Made by a program: the position numbers and the translations under genes. This document shows positions 56,001 through 64,000 of a stretch of DNA of 64,000 nt, piece by piece. Every line of letters begins with the position of its first letter. The stretch's first letter is position 1. The notes under the pieces are model-generated. The model had not been told where the DNA came from. It searched no databases and saw only the letters and a program-made list of their open reading frames with translations. This DNA is from Octopus sinensis (taxonomy: Eukaryota), in NCBI RefSeq assembly GCF_006345805.1, contig NC_043018.1:14322001-14386000 (forward strand). Reading direction: 5' to 3'.

Positions 56001-56924
56001 GCTCTATCAATAGTATTTCTACTATTGGCCATAACTGGTGTGTTTTTCATTGCGGTTTAGATCTCCTTTATTAGCATTCAGATGCGTATGCTCGCTAGAT
56101 CCAGTGGTTGGGTTATTGAACCTTCGTCGCATTTTGCTATTCATACGATGCATAAGCTACTCAAAATTAGCAGAGTTAGCGTAGGAGACCTTCACGGTAA
56201 GCCTATTAAAAATAGCATGATACCGATTAGGTTTAGGAAAACCTTTGTCCAAAAGTTTTCCAGCGATCTTGGTTGAAACATGCGAACCGAAAATCGAGTT
56301 GAACCAGAGAACATCTTGATTCCTATATCTGTTGTTTTGCTTATTTGATCGAGTGTGTTGTAAAGGATTGGAAGAAACAGTTGGATTATTATGTCGCGTG
56401 TGTCTATGAGTTTTCGTTGATAGTTCATTGTATATACATGTTGTGGCGGACACCTCCAAGTGAGAAGTGGGCTGTTCCACTACTGATAAATGGTGGACAG
56501 ACACAGCAAGCAGTGTCAGTCGGCGAGGTACGCCGTACGGGCCAGTCACGCAGGCGGCGGAATACGTTGTCATAATGTAGGACATATCAGTGGCGACGAG
56601 AATATCTCCCGCTGTATAACGGTGTTGTAATAACAGTGGTAACGAGGTTACGAACGCTCGTAAGAATGTCGGAAAGGAACTGAACTACACACAGTGAAAA
56701 ATATATAAATTCTATTGAAAATAGTTTCTGAAGCAACACTGTTCGATAAAACTGGGACTCTAACACAGAACTGAACATCACAGTGTGAAAAAATAATATA
56801 AATCCTTTTGTAGGATTTCTGTCAGGTCTCTATGAGTTAGTAACGCTACCTGTAAACAATGTAGGCTAGTACTACCTTCGGCATTCTAAAAAGAAAAATA
56901 ATTCTGTGTGGAAGAAATAATAAC

Positions 56925-57002
<78 letters not shown>

Positions 57003-57006
<4 letters not shown>

Positions 57007-58395
57007 CAAGATAATAGGTATTAACACTTTAGCTGTCCCAGTTATAAGTTACAGCTACAATATCCTTAACTGGACACTAAATGAACTGACCAAAATGGAT
57101 AGGAAAACAAGAAATATAATGACAGGATCTAGGATGCATCATTCAAAATCTGACATAGAAAGGCTATATATACAATATATACAACGTATAGAAGGTGGTA
57201 GAGGCCTTATACAGCTGGAAAACTACTATAAAATAACCACCATAGGACTGCAAAAATATCTACTTCAGAAAGAAGGAAAACTGATACAAATAGCGGCAAA
57301 ACACGAGCAAAACAAAAAACTGTTCTCAGTATTTTAGGAAGCTGACAAATAAAAAAAAGAAATCATACCACCTAACAAATATGAAGAAGAAGAAGAAGAA
57401 AAAGAAGAAGAAGAAGAAGAAGAAGAAGACGTAGAAGAAGAAGAAGAAGAAGAAGAAGGAGATAATGAGGAAGAAGAAGAAGAAGAAGAAGATAATGAGG
57501 AAGAAGAAGAAGAAAAAGAAGATAATGAGGAAGAAGAAGAAGAAGAAGAAGAAGAAGAAGAAGAAGAAGAAGAAGAAGAAGAAGAAGAAGAAGATGATGA
57601 AGAAGAAGAAGAAGAAACAATAAAAGCTATAAAACAAATAAAATCCAAACTAAAACTAGAACAGCAACGAACCATGATAAAACGATGGCAAGAAAAGCCC
57701 CTTCATGGCAAATACTGGACTAAACTAAATGCAAAAGAAATAGACAAAGAAAAATCCCAGCAATGGTTGAGAAGCTCAGGACTCAAAGCAGAGACAGAGG
57801 GATTTTTAATTGCAGCACAAGACCAAAGCCTCCCCACCAGAAATTCCCACCAGAAAAGAAATATAACAAGTAACTGCAGAATATGTGGAGATGGACAAGA
57901 AACAATAAATCATATTATATCTGGCTGCCCAGTCCTGGCTAAGAAGGAATATATTCACAGACACGACAGAGTTGGGACCTACATACACTAGAAGTTATGC
58001 CAACATTATGGAATAACAACAGAAAAAAGATGGTATAGGCACACACCAGACAAGGTCACAGAAAACGAGAAAGCAACCATACTCTGGGATATGCCAATAC
58101 ACACAGATAGAGAAATTAAGGCCAACAGACCAGATATAGTTATCAGAGATCATGAAGAAAAAGAAAATGCTTTCTAATTGATGTATCAATACGAGGAGGC
58201 GACAACGTGTCTCTAAAAGAAATGGAGAAACTTTCAAAATACAAAGACCTGGAAACGGAGGTAACCAGAATGTGGAATCTAAAAACAGAAACAATTCCTA
58301 TCATAGTAGGTGCATTAGGCATGATAAAAAAATATTCAGGCAAATGCATAACAAATACACCAGGACTTAAAAACACATATAATATACAGAAAATT
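57003..58395 (+). mobile_element. R4/Dong-type LINE 3' half, preceded by (AAT)n, with an internal (GAA)n expansion; 3' end replaced by a PLE
   Basis: MDRKTR...HSKSDIERLY, WQEKPLHGKY, WLRSSGLKAETEGF, CRIC...HIISGC, KLSKYKDLE...GALG; (AAT)n at ~56925-57002; (GAA)n at ~57384-57617. Confidence 0.88.
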
Positions 58396-58409
58396 GGTGG
58401 TGGTGGTGA

Positions 58410-60265
58410 TGATGATGATGATTCCGTGTGAAGATGAAGGTGAATAATGATTATGTATAGTGAGAATAATGATTCCAGCTCTAACAATTTCGGCACCCCT
58501 GTACATAAGAAAAGTAATTTACGGACCAGGGGAGGAAATAGACAAACAACCCCAAATTTCCAACACAGAAATTTTCCCCTTACTGCCAATAGTAGCAATA
58601 TGACCATTTCTAAATCCACAAAAAACTATATCTGGTTTGTTATACCTTTCGGGAAGCAAATCAAATCAAACCTTCCTTTACAGTTCCGTGAAGCCGTAGC
58701 TAAGAACTTTGCCAGGGATTCTAGGTATTACTCGATTATCAATTCGCATAGGGTAAGGATTGCATTCTCTAACACTAGAAATCTTTCACAAATTATCGCC
58801 TCCCATAATAATAAGCTGCTAAACAAAGATTCTTCACCCGGGAGTTACAACACTATTCTCACCAATTTCAACCAAACATACAATAGTAATGATAGAGGTA
58901 GTATTGATAATAGCAACATTCGTAACAGCGTTAGTATTAACAATGGTAATATTAGTAATAGTATTAGTCAGATTAATAACAGGGGTAGTGTTGATGGTAA
59001 CAACGACAGCATTTCTATTGTCAGAGATATTGCCGGTGATAGTACAACTAATAATAATAACAATAATAGAAATAGTGTAGTGATCAATGCTAGCAGTAAT
59101 GGTAACAGCAATCAGAACAATAGAAACTCCGTTTTAATCTCGGAGGAAAACCCTAATAGATTAAAGTTCTTATCCAGTAATTCCAAAATTAAAAACTCCA
59201 TTTACCAGTGTAAGATTTCTTCCATTACCGGTGTCTTCTTCTATATTGGCGCGACAACTTCTCGATTGTTCCAGAGAATTTCCAATCATTATTCAACTTT
59301 CCGAGATAAGAGAAAACAGCATACTACAGGACTAAGTAAATTAGTTTGGCGTCTTAAGGACAGCAATATAACTTTCAAACTGGACTGATCCATATTATCT
59401 GTATCCTTTCCTTTTGATAAGGGCAGGAAATTCTGTGGCATCTGTAATTCCGAACTCTTCTTTATCCTTTTCTCCAAATTCCCCTTGGTAAACACAATTG
59501 TAGAAAAATCCTATAAGTGTAAACATTGGCAGAGACATACTTTTCACTCATATGAATGATGATTAATATAGATAACCTCTTTGATTTTAATAATTTAGTT
59601 TCACTTCTACAACACCACCATATACAATTCCTTTTTTCTACTGCGTTACACGAAGAATTACTACTAAATTTGTTGGGATATGTTTTTCCTCTTTCTCTCT
59701 GCATCTCCCCTCCTCTCTCGCTCTCTATCTCTCTCTTTCTATCATACCCACAATCGACACAAATCTGTCACCTCACTACTAAATGTTTCTGACATTTGTC
59801 ACCCTACACACACAGTCACGCACACAGACACACACAGAGGCAGAAATCCAGTTATATACATACACACGCACAAGCACTCAAACTCATTAACAATAGCATG
59901 CACCCACGCATCCCCATACAATAGAGCTTGCACTCTATCCCCTTCCTATAACTTTCTCCTCCCAACCAAATTTGAACTCTTTAACTCCTTAGAACATTCT
60001 CCATCCAACCAATTCTGACGTCATTGCTTATAACGGGAGATTTTAAAGAAACACTCATTATTACTGTGGACATCATGTGGGCAGTCATCTAAAAGTTTTT
60101 GCTCTTCATGATGCTGGAATTAGTTCCTTGTCTTTCCTGATGAGATGGCGGCATAATGCACCCTTTATTCCTTCGGAATTAGGAATATGCAGCCTTCGAA
60201 ACATGTGTCGAGAGTAAAGAAATTCTGTTAAGATCGTCGTTCGACTCCATTCTTTCATTTATATA
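58410..60265 (+). mobile_element. 5'-truncated Penelope-like element: GIY-YIG region plus 3' pseudo-LTR with hammerhead
   Basis: ORF 58447-59388: YIWFVIPF...IINSHRVRIAFSNTRNL..II.SHNNKLL, SIYQCKI...FYIGATT...RISNH; premature TGA at a conserved Trp (KLD*SI...CGICNSE). Confidence 0.85.
60132..60214 (+). ncRNA. Type I hammerhead ribozyme with canonical core
   Basis: Stem I CTTTC(60132-36)/GAGAG(60210-14); CTGATGA 60137-43; long stem II GATGGCGGCATA/TATGCAGCCTTC (10/12 pairs) closed by G-C; GAAA 60198-201; short stem III AC-ATGT-GT; GTC cleavage triplet 60207-09. Confidence 0.8.
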
Positions 60266-60271
60266 TATATA

Positions 60272-60534
60272 TACATGTGTAAGTGTATGTATGTGCGGGT
60301 GTCATTATTTGACATTTTTTCTACAATATTGCAACCTCTGTCAAGAAAATTTACGAGACTTTCAAGGAATTACAGAAAAATCCTCATCAAACCAAGTGCA
60401 ACACGGGATGTGGCGTGGCAGCTGCAACAAAGGTCGTTGGCCATTCTCTGCAGCTACGTCATCTCACCCATCACCGCGGGATGCGACTGAGCACATGATT
60501 ATTTCTGGGGTATGTGGCCCATCGCTCCCTCCCA

Positions 60535-60619
<85 letters not shown>

Positions 60620-63593
60620 ACAATAATATTGTGTGACTTGCAATGTAAAATCTTAACATCCATATCCATAACTTAAAGGCCAACACCACAGCGAAGAACG
60701 AAGCACTGATATTTTCTTACCGTTTCAATAGCTTAAAAACAAATAGCACAGCGAATAACGAAACACCAAGTACTTGCGATGCTTTAATATTTTTATTTCA
60801 TTGGAATTTCATTAAAATTTGACGGATTAATAGCATAAATATATTAGATATTAAATACATTCGTCGTATTAAGTTGGGTTTGTAAGAAAAGTCACAGTTG
60901 TAAGTTATGGTTTGCAGATTTTCTCTTCTTTCACCATTTTCAGTTCTTGGTGCAACGCACGTGAATTCCTCTCCAGGATAAATTACAGAATCAAACTTCT
61001 GCTCGTTAATGTTTTATATTTCACTGTTCCATGAAATTTATTCGTTGTTTTCTACTGTCATAGGATCTCACGATTGGTTAGATAAGAGGAGGAAGAAGTG
61101 GGGAGGAGGATGAAGAGGGGGGAAAGGAGGAAGTGGGGAAAAGGAGGAAGTGGGGAGGAGGAGGTTGTGAGGAAGAGGAGGTGAAGGGTGGAGGGAATGA
61201 GGAGGATGAAGGGAAGAGGGAGGAGTAGGAGGAAGTGGGGAGGGAAGCGGAGAGGAGGAGGAAGAGGGGAGGAGGAGGAAGTGGGGAAGGAGGAAGTGGG
61301 GAAGAGGAAGTGGGGAGGAGAGGTTGTGAGGAAGAGGAGGATGAAGGGGAGGGAATGAGGAGGATGAAGGGGAAGGGGAGGAGTAGGAGGAAGTGGGGAG
61401 GGAAGCGGAGAGGAGGAGGAGAGGGGAGGAGGAGGAAGTGGGGAAAGGAGGAAGTGGGGAAAGGAGGAAGTGGGGAAAGGAGGAAGTGGGGAGGAGGAGG
61501 AGGAGGAAGTGGAAGTGTAGAGGAGAAGGAAGAGGAAGAGAAGGAGGATGAAGGGAAGCAGAGGAATAGGGGGAAGAATGGTGAGAATGAGGATGATGAA
61601 GGGGAAGAGGAGAAGGGGAGGAGGAGATGGAGAGTAGGAGGAGAAGTGCGGAAGGAATGAGGAGGATGAAGGGGAAGTGTAGGAGGAGGATAAATAGGAA
61701 GAGGAGGAGGGGGAGGAGGCTGAATGGGAAGAGGAGGAGGGGGAGGAGGAGGAGGAGGGAATGAGGAGGAGGAATGGGAAGAAGAGGAGGAGGGGGAAGA
61801 ATTGAGGGAATGAGGATGATGAAGGAGAAGGAGGAGGAGGAGGATGTAGGGTGGAGGGAATGAGGAGGGGGTGGAGGAAGATAGAAGTAGTAGCAGCATG
61901 TTGTTGATCTTGTTGTTGAGTGTATTTTTGCTGTTTCGTCTGCATTTCTTCTCATCGATTTCCGCCATCAATAAAAACAATCTTACGTCTGTAGTTTACC
62001 TTCAAACTTCACCAGAGCAGCACGCCAATTAGATGGTAAATTTACGAGAAAAAACCAGAAAAGCGATTACGGTTTGGACTATAATGTTATTAGTCACGTG
62101 AACCGAACCAGCCATATCTTTACGACACGCGCAATAATCTCTTTGTTTCATACAGTTGTAACCGGCGCAGCATCTACATCTTTTATGTGGTCCGTGACCA
62201 GCACATGGACCTCTTGAACATGAACTTCTCTTCAACATTTCACTGTAAATACAAAATATAGTAGAGAATACAAAATATTATTAAACTAGCAGAGATACCC
62301 GGCGTTGCCCATGTTACATGCAATTGAAGAATTAGACTTTTCTGTTATATTTTCTGTAATGAACTGGAATACCTATGATTCGAATTTCTTCAAAATTGCA
62401 GATGAGCGTTCTTTCCCTCTTTACACACCCTAAAAAAATTGTAATCGTGCTACATGTCTCCCATACTACTGATTTTTATGCGCATATTCCAAAATTCCAG
62501 TCTTATCGAAACTGTTTAAAGGATTTTGCTCCTGAAAAATGAAGATCATGGATCTCTAAAATGTGAGAGTTAAGGCCCCTGTTGGGCGTGGGTGTCTTAA
62601 TGTCAGGCAGAGAAGTTGCATTGTTGAGAATCTTTTTAACTTGGGTCTTATATCTATTGTTTGAATTTCTTTGAAATAGGAAATATATGTTCACTGGGTT
62701 TGTAAAAGACAGTAAAGCTACAGGAAACGAAAAGACGAATGATCACAATAAGCATCAGCTACCCTACCCTAGTCGTTACCACTTCCAAAGTAGGCTTTCT
62801 CACCATCCAGGTGACAGGCACAGCCGTTAGATGCATTATGGATCTATAGCAATTGGAAGGGCGTGACCCAACTGAAATAAACATTAACAACTGTGTGACG
62901 TGAGGGCTAAGGAGAAATGAAAATGTCACCTCTGGAGTTTGCAAATGACCACTACACTGATACGTATCTGGGCAGAATAAATTTGCAATCTATAAATGTC
63001 TTTGAATAACAAGTCACTCATCTGGGATGGCCTTGAAATCAGTGTTACCATCTGGGGACTATGTGTGACCCAGTGGTAATAAAATGACTGAAAGTAGGTC
63101 TGCAATCAAATAACTTTACTCAACACTTTGCAACTGAATCAGTGGAGGCAAAGATGCCTGTCATTTACTTGACAATTTATGCAGCACATTGCAGAAATCA
63201 CGATGTAAGTGTATGTGAAAGCAAACTGTTAAACTTTTGCACCATTAAATAATGCTCATCTTTTATGCTCTGGTAACCCTACAGCTTCTAAGAGCACAAC
63301 TGCATTCGTTTTTGCTTAGATAAAATGACAAAATTGTGGGTGTTAAGTCCCCATGGAGGGGTCTTTCTAACTTGTAAGAAGATGAAATTTTTTAAAAATT
63401 ACTTCATTTGTGTCTAATATCTACGGTTAAAATTTTATCAACAGCAAAATGTATGAATTATCATGGGGGTTATGGCCCTTATGCATAGAATATAATATCC
63501 AAATTTCATAAAGATCCATTCAGTACTTTTGACCTAGTTTTGGATTGTAAAAGACATGACTAAAATTTGGGAGTTAAGGGCGCCATTAGGGTG

Positions 63594-63656
<63 letters not shown>

Positions 63657-64000
63657 AACACACACACAAACACACACACACACACACACACACAAGTTAA
63701 ATTGATAGATACAACTGAGTGGGCAAACAAAAATATGAGACACAGCCTAGTGCTTTTTTATGTTGATAAGCCTGGTACTTATTCTACTAGTTTGTTCTTG
63801 TGATACCAATATGTTATGGGGATGTAAATAAATGAAAAGCATTTGTGAAACAGTTATGAGTGTAAAACCAGAGACAAAGACACATACATACACTTACATA
63901 TATACATACATATATATAAGATTGATTTGTTTCAGTTCCTGTCTACGAAATCCATATATATACATACACACACACACACACACATACACAAAGATAAATT
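60272..64000 (-). repeat. Right arm of the large inverted duplication (continues past the window end)
   Basis: As above; the last bases of the window match 42822 onward. Confidence 0.95.

Noticed and set aside
62950-63210. Possible host exon ending at gtaagt in the right arm
   Set aside because: The open frame is interrupted by a stop in the left-arm copy and has no good acceptor.

Overview
Eukaryotic, repeat-dense genomic DNA. The SINE families and the (TA)n/(TACA)n/(AAT)n load look like octopus (inference from recalled repeat families, not a database search). The only host gene I can support is an RNF145-type sterol-regulated ER E3 ligase on the minus strand (coding exons 2880-3075 and <1-1880; missed by the ORF track because it runs off the window). 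The rest is mobile DNA: a young CsRn1-lineage Gypsy LTR element (LTRs about 98-99% identical, AGCC TSD, tRNA-Trp-type PBS, -1 slippery site), a near-intact CR1-type LINE, a full-length decayed RTE, four R4/Dong-type LINE pieces, several Penelope-like elements (PLEs), mariner fragments, hAT/piggyBac/Helentron-type MITEs and many tRNA-SINEs. Most interesting structures: (i) PLE-borne minimal hammerhead ribozymes, two with intact cores and several decayed; (ii) a >=3.4 kb inverted duplication (42.8-46.2 kb vs 60.3-64 kb) whose inner junctions both abut hammerhead-bearing PLE ends; (iii) an extremely AT-rich repeat family whose copies differ largely by non-CpG C>T/G>A changes; (iv) a SINE and a CR1 LINE sharing a 3' tail with a covarying hairpin. 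Most short ORFs in the track are microsatellite or antisense artefacts. Repeat boundaries are read by eye and approximate unless TSD/TIR evidence is given.
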